Positions 1 through 9,573 are shown, numbered from the stretch's first letter. The stretch: DNA of 64,000 nt from Thermoanaerobaculia bacterium (GCA_963816185.1 CAWFJJ010000008.1:128001-192000), one strand, 5' to 3'. Made by a program: numbers and translations. The notes: generated by a model from the letters alone, not told the origin.

Positions 1-325
1 AAACGAGGGCTCATCGAGTAGGGCAACCCGATATGTTCGAGCGTTGACACGAGGAGGATCGTGTCGAAGAAGCGGCGGGGAAGATCGTTCCCGATGATGC
101 TCGTCCGATGAAAGACGACGCCGGGCGGGATCGTATCCTCGCAGCCGCGAGGGTCCATGGCGTGGACGGTGAGACCGAGGCGCTGAAGGTCCGCAAGGTA
201 CGTCGCCTCGCAGCTTCCGATATCGAGGACCGTCCCGGAGCGGGGAACGCTCTCGAGGACCCAGGGGATCTCGACCTCCGCTCGTTGATCTGGGGCGGAT
301 TGGCGGCCGGCCGTGTTCGTCTCAT
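1..325 (-). CDS. Class I SAM-dependent methyltransferase, partial (runs off the left edge; apparent frameshift near 278-281)
   Basis: Manual translation gives ATG at 325 overlapping the upstream stop (ATGA): MRRTRPAANPPQINER, then after a one-base shift VEIPWVLESVPRSGTVLDIGSCEATY...FFDTILLVSTLEHIGL. This contains SAM motif I (VLDIG) and STLEH. Not in the ORF track. Confidence 0.75.
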
Positions 326-1560
326 GAGCGTAGCGCCCCGACGACGATCCGGCCCACGTTCTCCGGAGACAGGATCCGGCGAACGTCGGCCGCGGCCTTC
401 CGGCCTCGACCGAGCGCAGCGTCGAAATCGCGGTAGACGCTCTGGAGTTGTGCGGCTGCGTGCTCGACGTCGGCCTCGGCCCACACGCTGCCGCGCTGGA
501 AGGGACCTTCCGGGCGTTCGACGAGAACCTCCCGGGCGTCGACGAGGAAGGAATTCTCGTCGGTCATGAAGTCGAGGTTACCGGAATAGCGGGTGGCGAC
601 GACAGGACGCCCGTAAGCCATCGCCTCGGCGCACGTGTATCCGAAGCCCTCGGCCCGGTGGAGCGAGATGTAACAGTCAACCGCGGAGAGGAGCTGCAGG
701 ACGCCGCGGCGGGAAAGATTCTCCGTGAGGACGCGGACGCGGCAGCCAAGGCGCGCACGCGCCTCAGACAGAAGGCTCCGAAGACGCGGCCGATGCTCGA
801 GCCGGTCGGCGTTGCTGACCTTGAGAATCAGCGACGCAGCGTCCTTCTCGGCGAACGCCCGGGCGAAAGCCCGGATGACCGCTTCGGGGTTCTTCCGCTC
901 GATCGAGCTGTTGGCGTCGAAGACGTAGAGGAACACGAGGCCGTCATCCTCGAGTCCTACCTCGGGTTTCGTTGCGGCCGCCGGTAGGTCGTACGTGTCA
1001 AGGACGCAGGGAACGGGAAGGACGGGTCGGCACAGGCAGCGCTCGAGGCTCTCGGCCGCGAAGCGCGAAAGCGCCCAGACGTGGTCAAAGTCGCCGTAAA
1101 CGTCCCGCCAGTAGTGGGTCCCGTCACGCTGCTCCCAGGCGAGAAAGACGACGTTTGTCCGTCCGTCGACCATCCAGCGCGGAAGGCCGTTGAGAAGGGA
1201 GTCTTGATGGTGCGGATAACTGACGAAGAGATTCGCGCCGAAGCGGTGGTCGAACGTCTGAAGGAAGTCGTCCGGGGACAGGTCGCGGTCCATGGCGACG
1301 TTGCCGACGACGTTTCGCGCGACCGGAACGCCCTGTGTGCGCAGCGCCAACACGAGGCCCTGCGTCGCCATTCCGAGTCCGATCGGGCTCTTGTGGAACC
1401 CGAAGACGTTCACGCCAGAGACCGAAGGGGGCCGGTCGAACGCCGCGGAGCTCGCCGGGACCGACGCTCCTCGATCACCCCGGGGACCTGCGCCGCGCGC
1501 TCGCGCCGCTCCCTCATGACGTCGTTGACGTGGACCGGCCGGTCCTCGCCCCGTTCGCAT
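322..1560 (-). CDS. GT4 glycosyltransferase domain; probably the C-terminal half of one gene with 1630-3651
   Basis: Motifs ERKNPEAVIRAF, SLHRAEGFGYTCAEAMAYGRPVVAT and YSGNLDFM. The N-terminal residues of the ORF look like frameshift junk. Confidence 0.85.
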   Translation of the reverse strand: MRTGRGPAGPRQRRHEGAARARGAGPRGDRGASVPASSAAFDRPPSVSGVNVFGFHKSPIGLGMATQGLVLALRTQGVPVARNVVGNVAMDRDLSPDDFLQTFDHRFGANLFVSYPHHQDSLLNGLPRWMVDGRTNVVFLAWEQRDGTHYWRDVYGDFDHVWALSRFAAESLERCLCRPVLPVPCVLDTYDLPAAATKPEVGLEDDGLVFLYVFDANSSIERKNPEAVIRAFARAFAEKDAASLILKVSNADRLEHRPRLRSLLSEARARLGCRVRVLTENLSRRGVLQLLSAVDCYISLHRAEGFGYTCAEAMAYGRPVVATRYSGNLDFMTDENSFLVDAREVLVERPEGPFQRGSVWAEADVEHAAAQLQSVYRDFDAALGRGRKAAADVRRILSPENVGRIVVGALRS

Positions 1561-1629
1561 CGCTCGATGAGGCGGCGCTGCTCGTCGAAGAACGGCCCGG
1601 AGAAGCGACGACGGTAATCGGCGAGAGCT

Positions 1630-3651
1630 TCACCGAATTCCGGGTTCCTCCGAGCACGTCGCGGAGAAGGCTCTCCTGGCCCGAGGGAAGTCGCGTCGAG
1701 GGGCTGCGCCGATGTTCGCCGCCAACACGAGGGCGAGCGGCAGGCCCGCCCACGGCTTTGCGTCCATGATCCAGACGAAAAAAAGGAGGTCGTCGAGGTC
1801 GAACTCCAGTCCGTGCCTCAGGAGCCCGAGGAGAGTCCGGGTGAGGTCCCGATGTCCGACGCCGACGAAGGCGAGTGGATACGCGTCCATCGCCCACCAC
1901 GCACGGTTGACATATGAAAAAACGCGCGCAAGGGCCCGGCCCCGCGTCCGCTCGAGAAAGACCTTTCCGAAAGAAGGCGGAAAGCCGGGCTCCCGAATCG
2001 CCTCCGTCTCGAGCCATGTTGCGAAGAGTTCGGCGTCGGCGTCGAAGACGTCGGGAAAGGCGGCCTGGAGATCAGGCCGTCCTTCGTATGCCCGGCGAAC
2101 GGACAGGACTGGGGCAATCAGGTAGCTCTCCTCATCGTAACGCCGGATCGACGCCGCCAGCTCGCTCCGTCCTAGCCCGTCAAGTCGCGCGACGAGGTCT
2201 TGTCGGTCCGCCCCGAGTGGATCCCGCAGGCCGTCGAGGACCCCGCGGACCGAGGCGAGCTCTTGCCATAATTCCCCGAGTCGCAACGGCCCGGTGAGGG
2301 CGGGCCGATGCCGATCGAAGAGCTTGACGAGGCCATATTCGCGAATGCCGTGCTCCCGGATCCATCGCAGAAAGGATGAGGGATCCATTTCTGCATCGGG
2401 AATTAGGGCTCGAAGATCCGGACGAGCGGCGAAGATTTCCTGGAAGATGGCGGGGATCAGGCTGCCGGAATAGGGAATCGGCGAGAGCAGGGCCCGGCCG
2501 TAGTGGGATTCCCCTTCGTCCGTCCACGGATCCACGTCGGTCCGGAGGAAGACCTCGTGGGCCTTGAAGAGATTCCGCATCCGTTCGTCGATCGGGCATC
2601 CCGAGGGAAATGCGCCGAACCGGTAAGGCTGGCAGGCATATTCGCTCAATCCATTGGCGCGAAGCCGCTCGAGGTAGAAGTCCAGGATTCTGGCGACCGA
2701 GGGCATGAGATACGCCGAGTAACGGGAGTCGTGCTTCGAGATCCGGGCCGGGTCCGCCGGTGAGAAGCCGGAGAAGTGAAAACAGACGAGAGGCCGGCCG
2801 TCGACCGTCCAGCGCCGCGACGAAACGGCTCCGTCAAGTCCTTCCCAGCGGAGCGAACGGTCGTGGAGATTCCAGTACGCCACGTTGTACGCGGTGTCCC
2901 TCAGCACGTGGACGTCGTCGGCGAAGGAGAAGATCCAATTGAAGGAGTTCTGCTCCATCTGCCCGCCGAGCGCCTTCATGAAGGCACCTGGTACGGTGAC
3001 CAGGCGGGTCCACGTCTCGAGAAACGAGAAGGCCTTCTCGCAGACCCGGAATCCGAAGATTCCCGCGTTCATCGGGCCGGCGTAGGCCAGATCCCCCAGG
3101 GACGGTCTTTCCCAGAATCGGTGCGGCTCCGGAAATGGTGCGATCGTGTGGGGCGTCACGACGAAGGTGTGATGGGCGAGGGCCTCGCCTAGCGCTGCCG
3201 CCGGGTTGAAAAAGGCGATGTCGGAGTCGGCGTAGAGAATCGTCTCCCACGGGGCCGTCGTCGCGACGTGGCTGAGCACATATGGCTTCAAGGCGCAGCA
3301 GAGATCGGTGGCCGAGTACTTGAGCGCCATGAAGGAAAAGTCCGGGATCTCGAGCTGGCCCGGGACGAGCACCGTAACCCCGTCGACGTGAACTTCTCCG
3401 GCAGAGGGGCCGTCTGCGACGAGGAGTACGGCTCCGGCCCCCGGATGATGAGCACGAAACGTCTCGATCAGGGTTCTTGCGAAGTGCAGGTGACTCACCG
3501 TACAGACCGAGACGAGGCAGAGACCGCGGCGATCGAGGAATCGATCGGACCGACTCTCGGGTTGAGGCGCGTCTTGCGGGGACGCCGGATCGGAAACACG
3601 AGACATCCCGGCATCGACGTGCCGATGCGCACGAGGCTCAGTGCCCGTCAT
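1630..3651 (-). CDS. Glycosyltransferase (GT-A/DXD-type N-terminal domain plus RPDL repeats); likely fused to the GT4 domain downstream
   Basis: Motifs CCALKP, YADSDI, VVTPH, YNVAYWNLHDR, PLVCFHFSG and RPDL repeats. GGAG precedes the ATG at 3651. Confidence 0.8.
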   Translation of the reverse strand: MTGTEPRAHRHVDAGMSRVSDPASPQDAPQPESRSDRFLDRRGLCLVSVCTVSHLHFARTLIETFRAHHPGAGAVLLVADGPSAGEVHVDGVTVLVPGQLEIPDFSFMALKYSATDLCCALKPYVLSHVATTAPWETILYADSDIAFFNPAAALGEALAHHTFVVTPHTIAPFPEPHRFWERPSLGDLAYAGPMNAGIFGFRVCEKAFSFLETWTRLVTVPGAFMKALGGQMEQNSFNWIFSFADDVHVLRDTAYNVAYWNLHDRSLRWEGLDGAVSSRRWTVDGRPLVCFHFSGFSPADPARISKHDSRYSAYLMPSVARILDFYLERLRANGLSEYACQPYRFGAFPSGCPIDERMRNLFKAHEVFLRTDVDPWTDEGESHYGRALLSPIPYSGSLIPAIFQEIFAARPDLRALIPDAEMDPSSFLRWIREHGIREYGLVKLFDRHRPALTGPLRLGELWQELASVRGVLDGLRDPLGADRQDLVARLDGLGRSELAASIRRYDEESYLIAPVLSVRRAYEGRPDLQAAFPDVFDADAELFATWLETEAIREPGFPPSFGKVFLERTRGRALARVFSYVNRAWWAMDAYPLAFVGVGHRDLTRTLLGLLRHGLEFDLDDLLFFVWIMDAKPWAGLPLALVLAANIGAAPRRDFPRARRAFSATCSEEPGIR

Positions 3652-3735
3652 CTGCGAGTCTCCGTTGCGGTATGGTTTGCGCCGGATCGATCTCCTGGTG
3701 AGCCCCAATACTCTACCGCATGCGTAGCTCTTTCG

Positions 3736-5280
3736 ATGAGTAAGCCCGATTCCGAACACTTACCTCCAGACGCCTGGCGGGGCTGGGCCGTCGCGACGAT
3801 CGCGACTTGGAACTTCGTTCCCGAGGCGCTCGTCTGTCTCGAGAGCTTCCTCGCCCAACACCCGGGCGCGGAGGCGCACCTCATCCTCGTCGAGAGGCAG
3901 GGGGCGGTCACGGCACTCGAGCAAGGAGGTGTCCAGGCGTCGTTCGCGGAGTCGCTCGGCGTTCCTCGGCTCGAGGATCTTGCCTTCAAATACTCACCCC
4001 TCGAGCTGAGCACCGCGCTGAAGCCGTTCGTGCTGGATCGCCTCCTCGACAGGCCCGGCGTCCGGGCGGCGGTGTACCTCGACGCCGACGTTCTCGTCCT
4101 CGCGCCGTTCGACGAGGCTCGGCGGCAGCTCGAGACGCACGATGCGCTCTTCACGCCGCACCTCCTCGAGCCGATGCCTCGCGACGGGCTCCGGCCGACG
4201 GAGATCGACTTCCTGCGCTGCGGCTCGTGCAACGGGGGCTTCATTGCCGCACGCCAGGGAGAGACGTCGCGCCGATTTCTTGGCTGGTGGAAAGAGCAAC
4301 TCGAGGAGCACTGCTTCGTCGACCTCGAGCCGGGCGTTTTCTTGGACCAGAAATGGTTGGATCTGGCGCTGGTCCTATTCCGGGGCGTTGCGGCGCTCCG
4401 CCACCCCGGCTACAACGTGGCGTACTGGAACCTTCAGGAGCGGGGCGCGATCCGCGGTGGCGACGGCGGCTGGCACGCGGGCGAGGCGCCGCTCGTCTTC
4501 TTCCACTTCAGCGGACTCGACCGGGAGAATCCGGACGCGGTCTCGCGTCATCAGAACCGCTTCCGCCTCGAGACGCTCGGGCCCGACGCCCGCCGGCTCT
4601 TCGGCGAGTACCTGGAACGCTTGAGACAGGCCGGGGCGGCGGCAGGGGGGATCGCACAACAGCCGTATTCCTTCGGTGCGTTCTCCAACGGCGTCCGCGT
4701 CGCGGGTGTGATGCGCCGCCTCTACCGGGGCCTCGGCGAGACGCGCTTCGAATTCGGAAATCCGTTCGATGCCGAAGGGCCGCAGAGCTTCTTCTCGTGG
4801 ATGCTGACGCCGAGCGGACGATCCGAAGGACCCCTTCCCCCGCTCGTGCGCTTCGCCTTTCAGACTCGCCATGACGTCTGGCGCGTCTATCCGGACCCGG
4901 AGGTGCGCGATCGGCTCGGCTTCCTGCGCTGGATGGCGGAGAACGGCACGTTCGAGCTCGGATTGGACGAGACATGCCTCGCGCCTATTCGGCTGTTGAT
5001 ACGACAGGAGGAGGAGCGAGTGTGGGCGCTCGCCGAGGAGCTGCGCCGACAAGAAGAGGAGCGTGAGAAGGCGCTGGCCGCGGAGCGGATGCGGCTGGAG
5101 GAAGAGCAGCGGGCGGCGATCGAGGCACTCGAGGCCCGCTTTTCCGGCGTTCCAGAGGCCGTTTGGAAGAAGTTAGTCGCGAAGGCGATCGGATTCGAGA
5201 AGTACGCGCGCCTTCGGAAGGCCTTCTGGATTTCGAGGGGAATTCTCCGAGAGCGGAAACCTTTGGCGCCCCGCAGCTGA
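3736..5280 (+). CDS. Glycosyltransferase (paralog of the divergent gene) with a C-terminal coiled coil
   Basis: Motifs ELSTALKP, YLDADV, FTPH, DQKWLD, YNVAYWNL and PLVFFHFSG, followed by an E/R-rich heptad tail. Start set at ATG 3736. Confidence 0.8.
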   Translation: MSKPDSEHLPPDAWRGWAVATIATWNFVPEALVCLESFLAQHPGAEAHLILVERQGAVTALEQGGVQASFAESLGVPRLEDLAFKYSPLELSTALKPFVLDRLLDRPGVRAAVYLDADVLVLAPFDEARRQLETHDALFTPHLLEPMPRDGLRPTEIDFLRCGSCNGGFIAARQGETSRRFLGWWKEQLEEHCFVDLEPGVFLDQKWLDLALVLFRGVAALRHPGYNVAYWNLQERGAIRGGDGGWHAGEAPLVFFHFSGLDRENPDAVSRHQNRFRLETLGPDARRLFGEYLERLRQAGAAAGGIAQQPYSFGAFSNGVRVAGVMRRLYRGLGETRFEFGNPFDAEGPQSFFSWMLTPSGRSEGPLPPLVRFAFQTRHDVWRVYPDPEVRDRLGFLRWMAENGTFELGLDETCLAPIRLLIRQEEERVWALAEELRRQEEEREKALAAERMRLEEEQRAAIEALEARFSGVPEAVWKKLVAKAIGFEKYARLRKAFWISRGILRERKPLAPRS

Positions 5281-5410
5281 TTTCCGGCGGCCCTGCGGAC
5301 GAGCTGAAGTTCCGTTTCGATGGTCTGTCGCGCCGACGGACGCCCCTCCGGCCTGAATCTCAGGTCGGGCAGGTCCGCACGGCGCCCTCAATTCCGCCAG
5401 GGGCGCGCAG

Positions 5411-5453
5411 GGTAGGAATTTGTCTTGCAATGCCCGCAAATTGGACCTACCTT
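5411..5453 (+). promoter_or_regulatory. Sigma70-type promoter overlapped by an imperfect inverted repeat
   Basis: TTGCAA(5425)-N17-TACCTT(5448). GGTAGG-AATTTG ... CAAATT-GGA-CCTACC dyad. Confidence 0.5.
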
Positions 5454-5506
5454 GCGTTTAAGGTTTCGTCAATTCGCGCTGAGAGGTTTCTTTAGGAGGA
5501 GTGTCT

Positions 5507-7249
5507 GTGAAAAAAACGATTGCGTTTGCTGCGGTAATCCTTCTCTCACTTTCAACGGCTTTACTCGAAGCGGAGACGATCAAGAACTGGTCCGCACCTT
5601 CGACCTGGACGCCACCCTCGGCTCAGTCGTCGGGGGGGCGCAACCCGCTCATCGTGGCGAACCCGCCGCTGCCGTTCGTTCCCGTTACGCCGTGTCGTGT
5701 CGCGGATACGCGTGGAAACGGCTTTACCGGCCAATATGGTCCGCCCGCCCTCGCGGGCGGTGTCCCGCGCAACTTCACGATCGCGGGACAGTGCGGCATC
5801 TCGGCAACAGCCGCGGCCGTGTCCTTCAACTTCACCGTCGTAAACACCTTGGGCCCCGGCTTCCTGAAGGTCTTTCCGCAGGGCGGCGTTGCGCCTACCG
5901 TCTCGACGCTGAACTACGTGGCCGGTCAGATCATCGCCAATGCCGCCATCGTACCTCTGGGGACGGGCGGGCTCACGGCCATTGCCGGCGTCTCGGGCTT
6001 CGATCTGCTCATCGACGTCAACGGGTACTATAGCGCCACGACGACGACCGGCACTTTCACGATCATCAACGCTTCTGGCGGCGGGATTCTGGGAGAGTCG
6101 ACCAGCGGTGGGATCGGCGTCTATGGTTTCTCGACGGGTGCCGGCGGCTGGGGCGTCTTCGGAGCCAATGACAGCGCAACCGGCTACGGGGTCTACGGGT
6201 TCAACACCGGATCTGGCATCGGCGTCTTCGGCTCCGCCAGTACGAACGTCGGCACCAAAGGCAAGAGCACCAGTTACAACGGAGTCTGGGCCGAGTCGAC
6301 CAATCAGGACGGTCTCTTCGCCTCGGGCGGGCGCGACGGCATTTACTCGCAGGGCGTGCGAAACGGCATCATCGCCGTCTCGAACGCGACCACTGGGACC
6401 ACGCAGGGGGTGCTCGGGTTCAACGCGAACACGACGAACGGGTCTTCAGGCGTGATGGGCCAGGATTTTAGCGGCTACAGTCCGGCGGTCGGCAGTCATG
6501 CGGCTGGTGTCCTCGGAAACAGTCAGGATGGCTTCGGCGTCCTTGGAAATTCCCGGTACATTTCAGTGTACGGACAGCTCCGCAGCAGCACAGACACGCA
6601 ACTCGCGTTCGGTCTGCTCGGGACGACTTTTGGGACCGCATTTGACGCGACAACGGGTCCATGGGCCGTCTATGGCGGCGGAAACTTGGGCATAAGCGGC
6701 TCGAAGCACTTCGTCGAACCTCACCCGACTGACGCGAAGAAAGTGATCCTGTACGCGTCGCTCGAGGGCCGTGAGGTCGGCACCTATTTCCGCGGGACCG
6801 CCTCGATCGTCGACCACCAGGCCGTGATCGTGGTCCCGGAAGATTTCCGGATGGTCACCGACGAAGAGGGTTTGACGATTCAGGTGACGCCGATCGGCGC
6901 GTACTCGCAGATCTACGTCGAGAACCAGGATCTCAACCAGATCGTCATCCGCGGCTCGCAGGACGTTCAGTTCCACTACATGGTCAACGGCGTTCGGCGG
7001 GCTTTCAAGAACTTCGAGCCGGTCCAGATCGGCTACGAGTTCATGCCGCAGTCCGCCTCGGATCGCATTCCGGCTTATCTCACCGAAGAGGCGAAGGCAC
7101 GCCTCATCTCGAACGGCACGTACAACTCGGACGGGACGGTGAACATGAGGACCGCCGAGAGGGCCGGTTTCACGAGGATATGGGCCGACCGCGAAGCGGC
7201 AGTGAAGGCCGCTGCCGAGAAGAACGTTAAGGCAGACCAACGGCCGTAA
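5507..7249 (+). CDS. Secreted surface protein: signal peptide, PVTPCRxxDTR domain, GVxG beta-repeats, tail-fibre-like C-terminal domain
   Basis: AGGAGG RBS and GTG at 5507; signal peptide MKKTIAFAAVILLSLSTALLEA; Gly-rich repeats; KHFVEPHP...YASLEGREVGTYFRG. Confidence 0.8.
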   Translation: MKKTIAFAAVILLSLSTALLEAETIKNWSAPSTWTPPSAQSSGGRNPLIVANPPLPFVPVTPCRVADTRGNGFTGQYGPPALAGGVPRNFTIAGQCGISATAAAVSFNFTVVNTLGPGFLKVFPQGGVAPTVSTLNYVAGQIIANAAIVPLGTGGLTAIAGVSGFDLLIDVNGYYSATTTTGTFTIINASGGGILGESTSGGIGVYGFSTGAGGWGVFGANDSATGYGVYGFNTGSGIGVFGSASTNVGTKGKSTSYNGVWAESTNQDGLFASGGRDGIYSQGVRNGIIAVSNATTGTTQGVLGFNANTTNGSSGVMGQDFSGYSPAVGSHAAGVLGNSQDGFGVLGNSRYISVYGQLRSSTDTQLAFGLLGTTFGTAFDATTGPWAVYGGGNLGISGSKHFVEPHPTDAKKVILYASLEGREVGTYFRGTASIVDHQAVIVVPEDFRMVTDEEGLTIQVTPIGAYSQIYVENQDLNQIVIRGSQDVQFHYMVNGVRRAFKNFEPVQIGYEFMPQSASDRIPAYLTEEAKARLISNGTYNSDGTVNMRTAERAGFTRIWADREAAVKAAAEKNVKADQRP

Positions 7250-7273
7250 TTCCCCACGAGAGTTCAGAAGTTC

Positions 7274-7307
7274 GGGCCGCGGCGCATGCCGCGGCCCTTT
7301 CCCTTTT
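7274..7307 (+). terminator. Rho-independent terminator
   Basis: GGGCCGCGGC-GCAT-GCCGCGGCCC followed by TTTCCCTTTT. Confidence 0.8.
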
Positions 7308-7349
7308 CAGGCCTTGGATTCGGCTGCAGAAAGCTGCGCCTGAGCGACT

Positions 7350-8546
7350 TCACTCCTCCGTCGAGCCCAGCAGCTCGTGGTAGGCGCCGGCCACGTCGAT
7401 CTCCGCGTACGCGGCCGCGCGGGCGCGGCCCTTCCGAACGAGCCTGTCGCGCGTCTCGTCCTCCCGCCAGAGCCGGAGCATCGCGTCCGCGAGCCCGGCC
7501 TCGTCGTCGGCGTCGAAGAAGAGCGCGGCGTCACGCGCGACCTCGAGGAGCGCCGGGAGATCCGAGCACGCGACGGGCGTTCCGAGCGCCATGGCCTCGA
7601 GGACCGGCAGGCCGAAGCCCTCGAAGAGCGACGGAAAAACCAGGAGCTCGGCCCCCTCGAGGAGGGCCGTGGCGTCGGCATCCTCCAGATAGGGAAGGAG
7701 GCGGACGTTTTCCTCCAGGCCCAGCGCCTCGATGCGGCCGCGCAGCTTCTCGCGGCTCTCGTCGAGCGCGCCGCAGAGGACGAGAAGGAACTCCGGCTCC
7801 TCGCGCACGATGCGCGCCGTGGCCGCGAGAAGGCGCTCGTGGTTCTTGTGCGGCCAGAAGTTCGCGGGATACACGGCGAACTCCGCGCGGTGGAGGTCGA
7901 GGTCGTCGAGGCGATTCAAGGCGTCGCGCGGGTCGAGCGCTGCGCGAACCCCTCCCGCGACCGGCGGCAGCACCGTGATCCGCTCGCTTTTCACGTGCAC
8001 GCGCTCGACGGCCATCGCCTTCGTGGCCTGGGAGATCGCCACGACCCGGTCCGCGCGCCTCAGGTCGCCGCGGAACTCGATGCGCCGGCGGTGCTCGTCG
8101 GCGTCGAAGAACTGCGGGTAGACGAGGTCCTGGAAGTCGTAGGCGACGACGACGTGCGGGAGGCCCGTCTCGTGGAACGCCGCCGTGCCGAGCGGACTGA
8201 AGAGCACGTCGGCGCCGAGGCGTTTCAGCGACGTGCGGTCGGGAGCCGCCAGCTCCAGAAGAGGCTGGAAGAACCCGTGGAGGCGCCGGCGCGTGCGGAG
8301 AATCTTGCGCGGCTCCTCGACGTCGAGGCCGGGCCCGAGGCGGTGCAGGACGGCGCCTTTCGTAATGACCTGCGCCACCGCGGCTTCGGCTTCCGGCTTC
8401 ACGAGCAGGTGGATTTCGTGCGCGTCGGGGCGCTCCAGGAGGGTCTCGAGGAGGCGCAGGACGAAAACGCGCGCTCCTCCGTTGCCGCCGTCCGGCGACA
8501 GGGGCGCGAGGTCGACGAAGACCCGCAGCCTTCGCCCCTTTGACAT
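7350..8546 (-). CDS. GT4 (MtfB/WbpY-like) glycosyltransferase
   Basis: YPANFWPHKNH and FPSLFEGFGLPVLEAMALGTPV. Start set at ATG 8546. Confidence 0.9.
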   Translation of the reverse strand: MSKGRRLRVFVDLAPLSPDGGNGGARVFVLRLLETLLERPDAHEIHLLVKPEAEAAVAQVITKGAVLHRLGPGLDVEEPRKILRTRRRLHGFFQPLLELAAPDRTSLKRLGADVLFSPLGTAAFHETGLPHVVVAYDFQDLVYPQFFDADEHRRRIEFRGDLRRADRVVAISQATKAMAVERVHVKSERITVLPPVAGGVRAALDPRDALNRLDDLDLHRAEFAVYPANFWPHKNHERLLAATARIVREEPEFLLVLCGALDESREKLRGRIEALGLEENVRLLPYLEDADATALLEGAELLVFPSLFEGFGLPVLEAMALGTPVACSDLPALLEVARDAALFFDADDEAGLADAMLRLWREDETRDRLVRKGRARAAAYAEIDVAGAYHELLGSTEE

Positions 8547-8574
8547 CCTTCTACTTTCCCACAAACTGGAGGGC

Positions 8575-9573
8575 ATGGCGCGCATCCTCATCACGGGCAT
8601 CACGGGCCAGGACGGCTCTTATCTCGCGGAATCGCACCTCGCGAGCGGCGACGAAGTGGACGGGCTGGTCCGGCAGTCGAGCCTCCTGCAGCGCACGCGG
8701 ATCGACTCCGTGCCGGCCCTCGTGAACGCCCGTTCCACGGGCCGCCTGAAGCTGCACTACGCCGATCTCTCGGACACGAGCAGCCTCCACTCCGTGCTGC
8801 GCAACGTGAAACCCGACGTGATCTACCACCTGGCCGGACAGAGCCACGTGAAGATCTCCTTCGATCTGCCCGAGTACACGGCGGACTCGACGGGGATCGG
8901 GACCCTGCGTCTCCTCGAGTCCATGCGCCACGTCGTGCCCGACGCCCGGCTGTTTCTCGCGGCCACGAGCGAGATCTTCGGCGAGGCGAAAGAGTCGCCG
9001 CAGAGCGAGCGGACGCCGATGAACCCGATCAACCCGTATGCGGCCGCGAAGGTCTACGCGCTGAATCTCGTGCGCATCTACCGTCGGGCCTACGGCGTCT
9101 TCGCCTGCGCGGGAATCCTCTTCAACCACGAGAGCCCGCGCCGCGGCGAGAACTACGTGACGCGGAAGATCGCGCGCGGCGCGGCGCGCATCGCGCGAGG
9201 GCTCCAGAACGAGCTTCACCTCGGCACGCTGACGCCGAAGCGCGACTGGAGCTACGCCCCGGACATCGTGGACGGCATCCGCAGGATCGCCTCGGCTCCG
9301 AAGGCAGACGACTTCGTTCTCGCGTCGGGAAACCCGCATTCGGTCGGAGATTTCTGCCAGGCTGCGTTCGGCGTCGTGGGGCTCGACTACGGGAGGCACG
9401 TCGTCCTCGATCCCGAGTACGTGCGCCCGGTGGACATCACGCAGACTTGCGGCGATGCGTCGAAGGCGCGGAGCGAGCTCGGATGGGCGCCGAAGACGCG
9501 CTTCGAAGAGCTCGTGAAGATCATGGTAAACGCCGAGCTCGCCGACCTCGACGCGCACGGGGACGCCGCCTGA
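8575..9573 (+). CDS. gmd: GDP-mannose 4,6-dehydratase
   Basis: ITGITGQDGSYLAE, HLAGQSHV, PYAAAK and GILFNHESPRRG. GGAGG RBS. Confidence 0.95.
   Translation: MARILITGITGQDGSYLAESHLASGDEVDGLVRQSSLLQRTRIDSVPALVNARSTGRLKLHYADLSDTSSLHSVLRNVKPDVIYHLAGQSHVKISFDLPEYTADSTGIGTLRLLESMRHVVPDARLFLAATSEIFGEAKESPQSERTPMNPINPYAAAKVYALNLVRIYRRAYGVFACAGILFNHESPRRGENYVTRKIARGAARIARGLQNELHLGTLTPKRDWSYAPDIVDGIRRIASAPKADDFVLASGNPHSVGDFCQAAFGVVGLDYGRHVVLDPEYVRPVDITQTCGDASKARSELGWAPKTRFEELVKIMVNAELADLDAHGDAA

Noticed and set aside
1630-1632. Selenocysteine or stop readthrough at the single in-frame TGA between the two GT ORFs
   Set aside because: Codons around the TGA in that frame are atypical, no SECIS was recognised, and a three-frameshift path gives a more natural protein.
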